32,000 nucleotides of DNA from Exiguobacterium sp. 9-2 (GTDB lineage: Bacteria > Bacillota > Bacilli > Exiguobacteriales > Exiguobacteriaceae). The stretch spans positions 2,291,336-2,323,335 of the forward strand of contig NZ_CP142850.1 in the NCBI RefSeq assembly GCF_036287235.1. The letters run 5' to 3'. The notes beneath the pieces are model-generated. The model made no database searches. It worked only from the letters and a program-made list of their open reading frames with translations, and was not told where the DNA came from. Shown here piece by piece: positions 1 through 9,660 of this stretch; position 1 is the stretch's first letter, and every line of letters starts with the position of its first letter. A program made the translations under genes and the position numbers.

Positions 1-1
1 C

Positions 2-1927
2 AAATCCGCGAAAAAACTGACGTTACCACAAGCAGCTTTTCTCGCTGGGATTCCTAAAAACCCTTATTACTACACCCCTTACCTTCAAGGTGGCGTCGTC
101 AAAAAGGACTTGACGCCAAGCGTCAACCGGATGAAAACAGTATTGAAGCGGATGTATGTCGCGAAAAACATCACGAAGGAACAGTACGAAAAAGCAATCA
201 AGCATGATATTACGAAAGATTTCGCGAAACAATCAAAACGTTCTCGTGATACGTATCCGTATGTCTACGATTTAGCCGAACGTGAAGCGACGAAAATCAT
301 GACGAAGTATCTGATGAAACAAGATGGTGTGAAGGAAGATGAAGTGAAACCGTCTGAACTGGCAGAAGTGCGTGCCAACTATCAAGATCAAGCACTTGTT
401 GCACTGCGCCAAGGCGGCTACAAAGTTCACTTGACACTTGATAAAAAAATTCATGAAGCGATGCAACAACCTGCGAAGAACAGTGCGAACTTTCCAGGAA
501 GCATGCAATACAAACAAGTCGTCGATCCAAAAACGAAAAAAAGCGTTTCGAAACAGGATCCAGAAGAAACAGCAGCAGTCATGGTTCAAAATGAAACGGG
601 ACGTATCCTCGGATTCGTCGGCGGACGGTATATGGATGGAAAAGCTGACGATTTCAACCGGGCATTCCAAGCCAAACGTCAAATCGGGTCAACGGCAAAA
701 CCAATCCTCGTTTACTCGAACGGGATTGAAAATCGCTTGATCACACCAGGGTCTACCGTTAATGATGAAGAGTACTACTACCAGACTGTACCACGTCAAC
801 CTGGCGACCGTCCGATCAAGAACGAAGGTGGACGTTACCGTGGTAATGTAACGGTTCGTACGGCATTAGAACTATCATTGAACGTACCGGCCGTTAAGAT
901 TTACGAGAAGATGAACATGTCGAATTCGATTCAAAAACTCGTCGATATGGGAGTTGAAGTACCTGATGCGATCCGTTATGCCCCTTCTGCGGCACTCGGA
1001 ACGATGGAAATCACACCTGTCGAACTCGCAGGTGCTTACGCGACACTTGCCAACTATGGTGAATTCGTCCAACCGTACATCATCTCGAAAATCACGAAAG
1101 ACGGAAAAGATATCTATAAAGCAAAACCGAAGAAAAAACGGATCTATGAACCACGAACAGCTTACCTGACACTTGATATGATGCGTGGTGTCTTCACGAA
1201 AGGTACAGCGACGTTCGCTAAAGCTAGATTGAACGTACCGGGAGATTGGGCCGGTAAGACGGGTACGACCAACGATGTCAAAGACTCTTATCTTGTTGGT
1301 TCTACTCCTGGTGTAACCCTTGCCGTCTGGACAGGACACGACCAGAACAACTCACTCATCGGTCCGTCAACGTACTACCAACGTACGCAGACGCTCTGGT
1401 CACAGATGGCGAATGCATCGTATGGTGCGAACAGCAGTTACTTCAAATCTGGCGCCCGCTTCACGCAACCATCTTCTGTAACAGCAAATGACTTCCAAAA
1501 CAGTGGTCGCTTCAAAGAAGAAGATAAGAAGAAAAAAGCCGAAGAAGCAAAGAAAAAAGCCGAAGAAGCAAAGAAAAAAGCCGAAGCGAAGAAACAGAAA
1601 GAAGTAGAAGAAAAGAAAAAAGAGGCAGACGCACAGAAGAAAGAAGATCAACAAAAACAACAAGATCAAGCTAAAGAAAAAGCAGATGCTGAGGCAAAGA
1701 AAAAAGCAGCAGATGACGCAAAACGTGCTGCCGATGCAAAAGCTGAAGCTGATGCAAAAGCAAAAGCCGACGCAAAAGCAAAAGCCGATGCAAAAGCAAA
1801 AGCCGAAGCCGATGCAAAAAAGAAAGCTGAAGCGGACGCTAAGAAAAAAGAGGCAGATGCGAAGAAACAGCAAGAGCAACAAAAGAAACAAGATGAAAAG
1901 AAAAAAGATGCTGCTTCTGAAAACTAA
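2..1927 (+). CDS. Class A penicillin-binding protein (transglycosylase/transpeptidase), 5' end outside window
   Basis: Open frame from base 2 (KSAKKLTLPQAAFLAGIPKNPYYYTPY...) through the listed ORF. Transpeptidase motifs STAKP-like 'GSTAKPILVYSNG', 'SLNVPAVK' and 'KTGTTN'. Lys/Ala-rich C-terminal tail. Confidence 0.95.
   Translation, partial: KSAKKLTLPQAAFLAGIPKNPYYYTPYLQGGVVKKDLTPSVNRMKTVLKRMYVAKNITKEQYEKAIKHDITKDFAKQSKRSRDTYPYVYDLAEREATKIMTKYLMKQDGVKEDEVKPSELAEVRANYQDQALVALRQGGYKVHLTLDKKIHEAMQQPAKNSANFPGSMQYKQVVDPKTKKSVSKQDPEETAAVMVQNETGRILGFVGGRYMDGKADDFNRAFQAKRQIGSTAKPILVYSNGIENRLITPGSTVNDEEYYYQTVPRQPGDRPIKNEGGRYRGNVTVRTALELSLNVPAVKIYEKMNMSNSIQKLVDMGVEVPDAIRYAPSAALGTMEITPVELAGAYATLANYGEFVQPYIISKITKDGKDIYKAKPKKKRIYEPRTAYLTLDMMRGVFTKGTATFAKARLNVPGDWAGKTGTTNDVKDSYLVGSTPGVTLAVWTGHDQNNSLIGPSTYYQRTQTLWSQMANASYGANSSYFKSGARFTQPSSVTANDFQNSGRFKEEDKKKKAEEAKKKAEEAKKKAEAKKQKEVEEKKKEADAQKKEDQQKQQDQAKEKADAEAKKKAADDAKRAADAKAEADAKAKADAKAKADAKAKAEADAKKKAEADAKKKEADAKKQQEQQKKQDEKKKDAASEN
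1541..1905 (+). repeat. Low-complexity Lys/Ala/Glu/Asp-coding repeats in the PBP C-terminus, including 21-bp x2 (1541-1561, 1562-1582) and 18-bp x3 (1751-1804) tandem units
   Basis: Direct reading: gaagaagcaaagaaaaaagcc x2; gaYgcaaaagcaaaagcc x3. Confidence 0.9.
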
Positions 1928-1930
1928 CAA

Positions 1931-1970
1931 AAAGGATGAATCACCTGTTTCGGTGATTCATCCTTTTTTC
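1931..1970. terminator. Bidirectional rho-independent terminator between the convergent pbp and acsA genes
   Basis: aaaggatgaatcacc-tgtttc-ggtgattcatccttt followed by T-run; A-run on the other side. Confidence 0.9.
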
Positions 1971-1974
1971 ATGT

Positions 1975-3678
1975 TCAATCCTCCATCGTCGATAAATCGC
2001 CCGTTTCCAAGTTCAACTCCCATGCTTTCAGAACACGGCGCATGATTTTACCACTTCGTGTCTTCGGCAACTTATCTCGGAAATCAATTTCTCTTGGGGC
2101 CGCGTGAGCAGCTAGACCTTCCTTGACGAATGCTTGGATTTCTTGTTTTAATTCATCCGTTGGCTCATAACCATCACGTAAGGCAATGAATGCCTTAATG
2201 ATTTCGCCTCGCACCGGGTCTGGTTTCCCGATGACTCCGGCTTCCGCGACTGCTGGGTGCTCAACGAGACGGCTTTCAACTTCAAACGGACCGACCCGTT
2301 CTCCAGCCGTCATGATGACGTCATCAACACGCCCCTGGAACCAAAAATAGCCTTCATCGTCCATATAGGCAGAATCGCCTGACACATACCATCCTTTAAA
2401 GAAATAGGATTCATATTTTTGTGGATTGTTCCAAATTTGACGCATCATCGATGGCCACGGTGTTTTCAAGGCAAGGTTACCCATCCGGAACGGTGGTAAC
2501 TCGTTTCCTTGATCATCAATGATCGCAGCTTGGGTTCCTGGAATTGGTTTCCCCATCGATCCCGGTTTAATGTCCATCGACTTGTAGTTACAAATCATCA
2601 TCGCGCCCGTTTCTGTCATCCACCATGTATCATGAATGCGTTGATCAAATGCTTCTTTTCCCCAACGAATAACTTCTGGATTCAATGGTTCTCCGACAGA
2701 CAACACATGACGAAGACTTGAAAGATCATGGTGATTCGCGACGTCCGCCCCCGCTCCCATTAACATCCGGAAAGCAGTTGGCGCGCTATACCAGACCGTT
2801 ACGTTATACTTCTCGATAACACTATACCAGAAATCTGGATTGAAACGTCCACCGACAACGACGTTCGTTGCCCCATTTAAGAACGGTGCGAAGATACCGT
2901 AACTTGTTCCTGTGACCCACCCTGGATCAGCCGTGCACCAGTAGACATCGTCTTCTTGTAGATCGAGTACCCAACGTCCTGTCATTAAATGCTGAATCAT
3001 CGCATTTTGAACATGGAGGACACCTTTTGGCTTCCCTGTCGATCCTGAAGTATAGTGCAAGATCAATCCGTCTTCACGATCCAACCAGACCGGTTCGAAT
3101 ACATCGGATGCTTGCTTGAACGCTTTTCGGAAATCAAGTAATGTTTCTGATTCTTCAACGCCTTCATCAACGAGTACTACTTTTTCAAGTGATTCCAGTT
3201 CCCCAACTGGAACACGCGGGAGCAACGCTTTCGTTGTCACGAGTAGTTTCGCTTCAGAATCAACTAAACGATCACGAACAGCTTGTTCCATGAATGCTTC
3301 AAACAACGGACCGACGATCGCCCCTACTTTCAGTGCACCAAGTAGGGCAAAGTACAGTTCTGGTGAGCGTGGCATGAAGATGAAAATCCGGTCACCCGTT
3401 TTGACTCCTGCATCGACTAATACGTTTGCCGCTTTATTCGTCAATCGTTTCATGTCTGCATAGGTGAATCGTTGTTCCGTCATTCCATCGAAATAGATCA
3501 GCGCATCCTTGTTCGCCCGCTCGCCTTCTGCGTGGCGGTCGATTGCTTCATAGGCAATGTTGACTTTCCCCGTTGTCGCCCATGAAAAGTACTGCTCAGC
3601 ATCTTTCCAGTCGTACGTGTTCGTTTCATCATACTCTGCTAACCAATGCTTCCCCGGAAGCGCTTTCAAAACTTTCAT
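1975..3678 (-). CDS. acsA: Acetyl-CoA synthetase
   Basis: AMP-binding motif 'LHYTSGSTGKPKGV', 'TGAMMICNY', C-terminal 'PKTRSGKIMRR'. Located divergent from acuABC. Confidence 0.95.
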   Translation of the reverse strand: MKVLKALPGKHWLAEYDETNTYDWKDAEQYFSWATTGKVNIAYEAIDRHAEGERANKDALIYFDGMTEQRFTYADMKRLTNKAANVLVDAGVKTGDRIFIFMPRSPELYFALLGALKVGAIVGPLFEAFMEQAVRDRLVDSEAKLLVTTKALLPRVPVGELESLEKVVLVDEGVEESETLLDFRKAFKQASDVFEPVWLDREDGLILHYTSGSTGKPKGVLHVQNAMIQHLMTGRWVLDLQEDDVYWCTADPGWVTGTSYGIFAPFLNGATNVVVGGRFNPDFWYSVIEKYNVTVWYSAPTAFRMLMGAGADVANHHDLSSLRHVLSVGEPLNPEVIRWGKEAFDQRIHDTWWMTETGAMMICNYKSMDIKPGSMGKPIPGTQAAIIDDQGNELPPFRMGNLALKTPWPSMMRQIWNNPQKYESYFFKGWYVSGDSAYMDDEGYFWFQGRVDDVIMTAGERVGPFEVESRLVEHPAVAEAGVIGKPDPVRGEIIKAFIALRDGYEPTDELKQEIQAFVKEGLAAHAAPREIDFRDKLPKTRSGKIMRRVLKAWELNLETGDLSTMED

Positions 3679-3711
3679 GTCTCGTTCCTCCCCTTCTATG
3701 TTTTCCTCTTT

Positions 3712-3739
3712 ATTATAAGCTAGTTATCCGTCAGTTCAA
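3712..3739 (-). promoter_or_regulatory. Candidate sigma-A promoter for acsA
   Basis: Reverse strand TTGAAC - 16 nt - TATAAT. Confidence 0.55.
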
Positions 3740-3778
3740 TCCATTTGCCGTCAATTTGTTAAAAAATCCCTCTCTTTA

Positions 3779-3800
3779 CTCAAGCGCTTTCGTCTATAAT
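3779..3800 (+). promoter_or_regulatory. Candidate cre-like site (3779-3792) next to the -10 element TATAAT (3795-3800) upstream of acuA
   Basis: ctcaagcgctttcg contains core AAGCGCTTTC resembling the CcpA operator TGWAANCGNTNWCA. TATAAT follows directly. Confidence 0.55.
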
Positions 3801-3824
3801 GAATAGGAAGGTGGTGACGCTTAC

Positions 3825-4457
3825 ATGTTTGAAAAACAATTCAATCATCGGACGCATGAAACATCACTCGGTCCTGTTGACATCGAAGGTCCCGTACCGA
3901 GTCAAACACTAGCAACGTATACACTCGATTCAGGGTTAACGGCTTTTCGTCCACCCGCTGAACAACATCAAGCGCTCGTTGAGATTGCAGACCTTGAAGA
4001 AGGACGGATCATCGTCGCTCGTCAAGGAACGGAAATCATCGGTTATGTGACTTACTTATATCCTGATCCCTATGAAACATGGAGTGAGGGAAACAATCCG
4101 TACATCTTGGAACTCGGGGCGATTGAAGTCTCCTCTCGGTTCCGCGGACAACAGATTGGTAAAAAATTGCTTGAAATCTCCATGCTAGATCCTGCCATGG
4201 AACATTATTTAATTCTAACGACTGAATATTATTGGCATTGGGACTTAAAAGGTAGTGGACTATCAGTGTGGGATTACCGGAAGATCATGGAGAAGATGAT
4301 GAACCATGGTGGTCTTGTCTTTTTCCCGACCGATGATCCGGAAATCGCCTCCCACCCTGCTAACTGCCTGATGGCACGTATCGGAAAACACGTCTCACCT
4401 GAAGTCGTCGCTCATTTTGATGCGCTACGCTTGAGAAGACGCTTCATGTATGACTGA
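3825..4457 (+). CDS. acuA: Acetoin utilization protein AcuA, GNAT-family protein acetyltransferase
   Basis: GNAT-like 'LELGAIEVSSRFRGQQIGKKLLE'; first gene of an acuABC cluster divergent from acsA. Confidence 0.92.
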   Translation: MFEKQFNHRTHETSLGPVDIEGPVPSQTLATYTLDSGLTAFRPPAEQHQALVEIADLEEGRIIVARQGTEIIGYVTYLYPDPYETWSEGNNPYILELGAIEVSSRFRGQQIGKKLLEISMLDPAMEHYLILTTEYYWHWDLKGSGLSVWDYRKIMEKMMNHGGLVFFPTDDPEIASHPANCLMARIGKHVSPEVVAHFDALRLRRRFMYD

Positions 4458-4475
4458 GCTCGAGGAGGAATCGTC

Positions 4476-5108
4476 ATGTTAATCGAACAAATTATGAATA
4501 CGACGTGCATCACGATGCAACCGACGAATTCCATCGTGCATGCGGTTGAACTCATGCAACGTCATCAGATTCGTCATATTCTCGTCGTTAATGCCCGTCA
4601 TGAACTCGTTGGTCTTGTCGGACTAAAGGAAATTCAAAGCGCGAGTAGCATCTTTCATCCGGACACAGCAAAACAAGACCTACAGTATCCCGTTTCAAGC
4701 ATTATGATCGAAAGCCCTGTCACGGCCCATCCGCTTGATTTTCTAGAAGATGCGGCTGTGCTGTTTTATGAATATCGCTTATCCTGCCTGCCAATCGTCC
4801 GCGGTCGACGTCTTGTCGGTATCGTCACGGAAACGGATCTGTTACGGACATTCGTTCAGTTGACGGGTGCACTCGAACCAAGTTCCCAAATCGAGATCCG
4901 TGTCGAGAATACAGCAGGTACATTAGCGAAGATTTCCGCACTGCTTGCTAAAACGAATATTAATATTTTAAATGTACTCGTGTATCCAACAGACGATCCG
5001 TATGTCCGGATTGTTGCGTTTCGTGTTCAGACGATGAATCCAATTCGGATCATCGAGAAGTTACGCAAAGAAGGATTCGATGTACTTGGACCGGATGTGA
5101 GCAGATGA
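4476..5108 (+). CDS. acuB: Acetoin utilization protein AcuB (CBS-domain pair plus ACT-like C-terminus)
   Basis: Two CBS-like segments ('IVHAVELMQRHQIRHILVVN', 'EYRLSCLPIVRGRRLVGIVTETDLL') and an ACT-like tail; RBS gaggaggaa. Confidence 0.92.
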   Translation: MLIEQIMNTTCITMQPTNSIVHAVELMQRHQIRHILVVNARHELVGLVGLKEIQSASSIFHPDTAKQDLQYPVSSIMIESPVTAHPLDFLEDAAVLFYEYRLSCLPIVRGRRLVGIVTETDLLRTFVQLTGALEPSSQIEIRVENTAGTLAKISALLAKTNINILNVLVYPTDDPYVRIVAFRVQTMNPIRIIEKLRKEGFDVLGPDVSR

Positions 5109-6298
5109 AGGATTTTGCTTATCTGTATAGTCCTGAAGAAGCAACCTATCGATTTTCCGAGACCCACCCATTTAACCCAATCCGTCTCGAATTAACCGTT
5201 TCCTTGCTTGAATCGATGCATCAATTAGATGACATCCCTTGTATCGCCCCACGTCATGCGACCGATGAAGAATTGGCACTCGTTCATGATCAGGATTATA
5301 TTGCTGCTGTCAAAGCAGCCGGAACCGGAGTATTATCACCACTCAAGGCACAGATGTACGGTCTTGGTACGGAAGATACTCCCTTGTTTCAAGACATGCA
5401 TTCGGGTGCTTCCCTCCTTGTCGGCGGAACGATTGAAGCATGTGACCTCGTCTTATCTGGTAAGTATAAACGCACCTTTCATATCGGCGGTGGATTACAT
5501 CACGGGTTCCGCGGACGTGCTTCAGGGTTTTGTGTCTATAACGATACGGCTGTCGCCATGGCGGCGATGATTGAAAAATATCACTGTAAAATCCTTTATG
5601 TCGATACGGATGCTCACCACGGGGATGGTGTGCAATGGGCCTTTTATAATCGAAATGATGTCATGACACTATCTCTCCATGAAACGGGTCGCTACTTATT
5701 TCCAGGAACGGGGATGGTAACGGAGAGAGGATCTGAAGAAGGATACGGTTTTAGCTGGAATGTACCACTGGATGCTTTTACGGAAGACGATTCGTTTTTA
5801 CTTGCTTATGAGACGGCACTCTTTGAAGCATGCGAGTTGTTTCAACCGGATCTCATCATCACACAAAATGGCGCTGATGCGCACGTGCTTGACCCATTGA
5901 CGCATCTATCCTTAACGATGAAAAGTTATGAAAAGATTCCTCAAATCGCTGTGGCTGCGGCAGAAAAGTATACAGATGGAAAAATCGTTGCTTTAGGCGG
6001 CGGTGGTTATGATTGGTATCGTGTCGTTCCTCGCGCGTGGAGTCAGGTTTTTGCTGCCATGACAGGACAAGATCCTTTTCACGGGGAAATTCCAATTGCA
6101 TGGCAAGAACGATGGGGCGGACAGGAAATAGCGCCACCCACGCACTGGCATGATCCGTCACCACTTTATCCCGCAATTCCAAGACGTCCTGAAATTGAAG
6201 AAAAAAATTGGGAGACCGTCAAACGATTGATTTGGCCATTCGTAAACGATGAACGTAAAAAACAACTGACAGCGATTTCCCCCTATTCCGCTGATTAA
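5105..6298 (+). CDS. acuC: Acetoin utilization protein AcuC (class I histone-deacetylase-like)
   Basis: 'YVDTDAHHGDGVQWAFY', 'GGGLHHGFRGRASGFCVYND', 'LGGGGYDWYRVVPRAW'; 4-bp overlap with acuB. Confidence 0.95.
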   Translation: MKDFAYLYSPEEATYRFSETHPFNPIRLELTVSLLESMHQLDDIPCIAPRHATDEELALVHDQDYIAAVKAAGTGVLSPLKAQMYGLGTEDTPLFQDMHSGASLLVGGTIEACDLVLSGKYKRTFHIGGGLHHGFRGRASGFCVYNDTAVAMAAMIEKYHCKILYVDTDAHHGDGVQWAFYNRNDVMTLSLHETGRYLFPGTGMVTERGSEEGYGFSWNVPLDAFTEDDSFLLAYETALFEACELFQPDLIITQNGADAHVLDPLTHLSLTMKSYEKIPQIAVAAAEKYTDGKIVALGGGGYDWYRVVPRAWSQVFAAMTGQDPFHGEIPIAWQERWGGQEIAPPTHWHDPSPLYPAIPRRPEIEEKNWETVKRLIWPFVNDERKKQLTAISPYSAD

Positions 6299-6400
6299 TT
6301 GACTTTTTATCTTCACATTTATTTCGTTCGGAGTTCACATCTTGTTGCTATACTAAATATGGAATTTTTACTTAGTAAACGAATAGTTGGGGGAATCATC

Positions 6401-7144
6401 ATGAAAAAGGCATGGCTTTACTCCGGTCTCATTCTGTCGACCGGGATCGTACTTGCAGGATGTGGGAATGAAAAGCAGGCAATGGATCACGATAACATGC
6501 AAGGGGCCGGAAAACCGACCGTCGACGTCACTGTCGATATCCCAGCAAAGACAATGGATGAAGATGCCGTCGTCTTTAAAGCATCCGCGGTCGAAAAGAA
6601 AAAGCCCGTCAACCTTGAGGACGTGACGTTTGAAGTTTGGAAAGCTGGAAAACAAGATGGGGCACATCAAAAATTCAAAGCAACCTTGAAAAAGACAGGT
6701 TTCTATCAAGCAGAAGCCAAACTTGCTGAAGGTGAATACGAAGGTCTCTATCATATTAATGATAAAAAAGGACTCCATCACATGGATAAGATCTCTTTTG
6801 TCGTCATGGATCATTCACATGAAAAAGAGAAAGCATCGCATGAACACGAAGCCGTCGATGGTCTGTCCGTCCATTATATGGGTGCGACGAAAGTAAAGGC
6901 TGGTGCTGACCTCCCTGTCTCCTTTCACGTTTTTCTCGATGGAAAACCATTAAAGGCGAACGTTCAAGTCGAAGTCATTGAAACCGGTATTGAAAAACAT
7001 AATTATGTTCCATTAACTAAAAAAGGTGATGCATACAGCGGAAAAGTCACATTGAACGCCCCCGGTCAGACGACGGTGCGTCTGCACGTCGAAAATGATC
7101 AACTCCATCATCACCAAGATGAACTCATCACCGTCACAAAATGA
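6401..7144 (+). CDS. YtkA/FixH-like lipoprotein (two immunoglobulin-like repeats)
   Basis: Lipobox 'STGIVLAGCGNE' after the ATG at 6401 with ggggaatc RBS. Repeated VDVTVDIPAKT.../...VKAGADLPVSFHVFLDGKPLKANVQVEVIE pattern typical of YtkA-like domains. Confidence 0.75.
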   Translation: MKKAWLYSGLILSTGIVLAGCGNEKQAMDHDNMQGAGKPTVDVTVDIPAKTMDEDAVVFKASAVEKKKPVNLEDVTFEVWKAGKQDGAHQKFKATLKKTGFYQAEAKLAEGEYEGLYHINDKKGLHHMDKISFVVMDHSHEKEKASHEHEAVDGLSVHYMGATKVKAGADLPVSFHVFLDGKPLKANVQVEVIETGIEKHNYVPLTKKGDAYSGKVTLNAPGQTTVRLHVENDQLHHHQDELITVTK

Positions 7145-7186
7145 TCAACTCCACCATCACCAAGATGAACTCATCACCGTCACAAA
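7095..7186 (+). repeat. 46-bp perfect-period tandem duplication (2 copies, 1 mismatch) across the stop codon of the YtkA-like gene
   Basis: 7095-7140 atgatcaactccatcatcaccaagatgaactcatcaccgtcacaaa versus 7141-7186 atgatcaactccaccatcaccaagatgaactcatcaccgtcacaaa. Confidence 0.97.
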
Positions 7187-7189
7187 ATG

Positions 7190-7242
7190 AAAAAGCGTCT
7201 CTTTTTTCAAGCAGCTTGCTTGAGAGAAGAGACGCTTTTTCG
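7190..7242. terminator. Bidirectional terminator between the convergent YtkA-like gene and ccpA
   Basis: aaaaagcgtctc...tcaagcagcttgcttga...gagacgcttttt. Confidence 0.85.
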
Positions 7243-7243
7243 A

Positions 7244-8254
7244 TTAAGGGCGTGTCGAATCCCGTTGTTCGATTCGGTGTGGTAACGTGACATCGTTCGT
7301 TTCGATTTCTTCTTTGTTCAAAATCTTCGTCAAAAGACGCATCGAGACTGCTCCAATATCATACATCGGCTGAACGACAGTCGTCAGTTTCGGACGAATC
7401 ATCGTCGCAAGACGTGTATTATCGTGTCCGATGACTTCAAAGTCTTCTGGAACACGGTGTCCGGCATCTTGTAAGGCATGGATGACACCAAGAGCCATCT
7501 CATCTGTTCCAGCAAAAATCGCACGTGGGCAATCTTCTCCAAGTTCAAGCAACTGGTTCATCGCCTTCATTCCTGAATCATACGTATAGTTTCCAAGGAC
7601 GACGTTTTGTTCGCTGAATGGAAGATTTGCCTCTTCGAGCGCTCGACGATAACCAGCAAATTTCTTTTCGCCATTGATTTGCTGTTCAAGTGGACCAGTG
7701 ATGAACCCGATCCGTTCATGTCCACGGTCAATCAATGATTTGACGGCGTCATGTGCAGCACTTTCGTAATCGATGTTGACGGCAGGAAGGTCATAATCTT
7801 GATTTAGTGTCGCAGCGAGAACGATGGGCACAGGTGATGTCTTGAATTCACGAACGAGATCCTCATGTAGACGCCCACCCATGAAGATGATCCCATCAAC
7901 CTGTTTTCCAAGTAATGTATTGAGCAAATGGATTTCTTTTTCCCGATTTTGGTCGGAGTTACAAAGAATGATGTTATATTTATACATCGTCGCAACATCT
8001 TCGATTCCCCGTGCTAAATCCGCAAAAAAGATGTTCGAGATATCGGGTACGATGACACCGACAGTCGTCGTTTTTTTACTTGCAAGTCCACGAGCAACAG
8101 CGTTTGGGCGGTAACCCAGTTGTTCGATTGCATCTTGGACCTTCTTTCGTGTGGATGGTTTAACGTTCGGATTCCCGTTGACGACACGCGATACGGTCGC
8201 CATCGAGACAGCCGCCTCTCGTGCGACGTCATAAATCGTAATATTACTATTCAA
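7244..8254 (-). CDS. ccpA: Catabolite control protein A (LacI-family regulator)
   Basis: '[34 protein letters not shown]', '[27 protein letters not shown]'. Likely TTG start at 8254 preceded by aaaggagg; the track ORF extends to 8287. Adjacent to aroA as in Bacillus. Confidence 0.93.
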   Translation of the reverse strand: MNSNITIYDVAREAAVSMATVSRVVNGNPNVKPSTRKKVQDAIEQLGYRPNAVARGLASKKTTTVGVIVPDISNIFFADLARGIEDVATMYKYNIILCNSDQNREKEIHLLNTLLGKQVDGIIFMGGRLHEDLVREFKTSPVPIVLAATLNQDYDLPAVNIDYESAAHDAVKSLIDRGHERIGFITGPLEQQINGEKKFAGYRRALEEANLPFSEQNVVLGNYTYDSGMKAMNQLLELGEDCPRAIFAGTDEMALGVIHALQDAGHRVPEDFEVIGHDNTRLATMIRPKLTTVVQPMYDIGAVSMRLLTKILNKEEIETNDVTLPHRIEQRDSTRP

Positions 8255-8370
8255 AACAAATTCCTCCTTTAGTATGATCCATCTCAAGTGTTTTCATTTC
8301 GTTTTCATTTTTAGGCAACACGAAAGGAAGACAGGAAAAGATAGTTTTCTTTTCCCATTCTTCCTTCATT

Positions 8371-8384
8371 GTAAAACGTTTTCA
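8371..8384 (-). promoter_or_regulatory. Candidate cre-like operator upstream of ccpA
   Basis: Reverse strand TGAAAACGTTTTAC, 12 of 14 positions fitting TGWNANCGNTNWCA. Confidence 0.5.
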
Positions 8385-8412
8385 TTCGCTTTAGGTCACC
8401 CTTTTTCGAAAA

Positions 8413-9498
8413 TCATTGAACGTTTAGTGCCGGAAAGGTAGTCGTCAAGTTTTCGACGAACGTATCGAATTCTTGGAAATCAAGTTGTTGGTTCGCATCA
8501 GATAGTGCGAGTGCCGGAAACGGATGGACTTCAACCATGACAGCATCAGCACCGATCGCGTAAGCCGCTTTCGCCGTTGGCAACAGAAGATCCTTCCGTC
8601 CTGTCGAATGCGTCACATCGACCATGACAGGAAGATGTGTCTCTTGCTTCAGAATTGGAACTGCTGAGATATCAAGCGTGTTCCGTGTTGCACGTTCATA
8701 TGTCCGAATGCCGCGCTCACACAAAATGACTTGATCGTTACCACTTGCCATGATGTACTCAGCCGCGTACATGAACTCCTCGAGTGTTGCAGCAAGTCCT
8801 CGTTTTAAAAGAACCGGCTTATTTGTACGACCGACTTCTTTTAGTAAATCGAAGTTTTGCATGTTGCGTGCGCCAACCTGGATAATGTCGACATATGGTA
8901 AAGCAGATTCAACCGCACTCGGCGTCATGATTTCAGTGATGACATGCAAACCGTGCGCGTCCGCTGCTTTTTTCAACATTTTTAGACCCTCGAGTCCAAG
9001 ACCTTGGAAGTCGTAAGGTGATGTGCGTGGTTTGTACGCTCCACCTCGCATGAACTTCACGCCGTGTTTCGCGAGTTGTTCCGCGACTTCGAATACTTGT
9101 TCCTCGCTCTCGACCGCACATGGTCCAGCAATCAATTGTTGAGAACCATCTCCGATGACAGCATCTCCGATTCGGATGATCGTGTTCGTCGGTTTTTGTT
9201 TCCGTGATACGAGTAATTTCCGAGTCCGATCTTCTCCTTGTAATTCAAGAGAAGCTTTGAAAATTTCTTTAAATACATGCTGAAGGCGTCCTGTTTCAAA
9301 AGGTCCATGGTTATTAGCAGCAATTGATTCGAGCATTTGACGTTCCCGAACAGGGTCGTAACGGTCAAGCCCTTGTGCTCGTTTGACTTTTCCGATTTCG
9401 ACAGCAATTTGACCACGTCGGTTCATCAATTCCAATAATTCTGCATTCACTAAATCGAGTTCATCCCGTAATCTTTTTAATTCTGCGTGTTGATCCAT
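8413..9498 (-). CDS. aroA: Bifunctional chorismate mutase / 3-deoxy-7-phosphoheptulonate synthase
   Basis: N-terminal chorismate mutase helix '[33 protein letters not shown]', then '[12 protein letters not shown]', '[17 protein letters not shown]', '[19 protein letters not shown]'. Confidence 0.95.
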   Translation of the reverse strand: MDQHAELKRLRDELDLVNAELLELMNRRGQIAVEIGKVKRAQGLDRYDPVRERQMLESIAANNHGPFETGRLQHVFKEIFKASLELQGEDRTRKLLVSRKQKPTNTIIRIGDAVIGDGSQQLIAGPCAVESEEQVFEVAEQLAKHGVKFMRGGAYKPRTSPYDFQGLGLEGLKMLKKAADAHGLHVITEIMTPSAVESALPYVDIIQVGARNMQNFDLLKEVGRTNKPVLLKRGLAATLEEFMYAAEYIMASGNDQVILCERGIRTYERATRNTLDISAVPILKQETHLPVMVDVTHSTGRKDLLLPTAKAAYAIGADAVMVEVHPFPALALSDANQQLDFQEFDTFVENLTTTFPALNVQ

Positions 9499-9660
9499 GT
9501 CCTACCACTCCCTAATCAGCATATAGCTCGTAATAGCAACTAATTATAACGAACTCTTTCCATGTTGTACATAAAGAAGCTGCATGATTTCTTAAAATAT
9601 GAAAATAAATTACGTTTTTTCATATAATTTTTTCTGCGTTTTCTCTATAAAGAAACATAG

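Noticed and set aside
1400-1930. 176-aa minus-strand ORF rich in F/L/C, antisense to the PBP tail
   Set aside because: Shadow ORF made by the A-rich Lys/Ala repeats on the other strand; no RBS or homology-like features.
9132-9416. 94-aa ORF on the minus strand inside aroA
   Set aside because: Same-strand alternate frame fully inside a clear aroA CDS with low-complexity composition.
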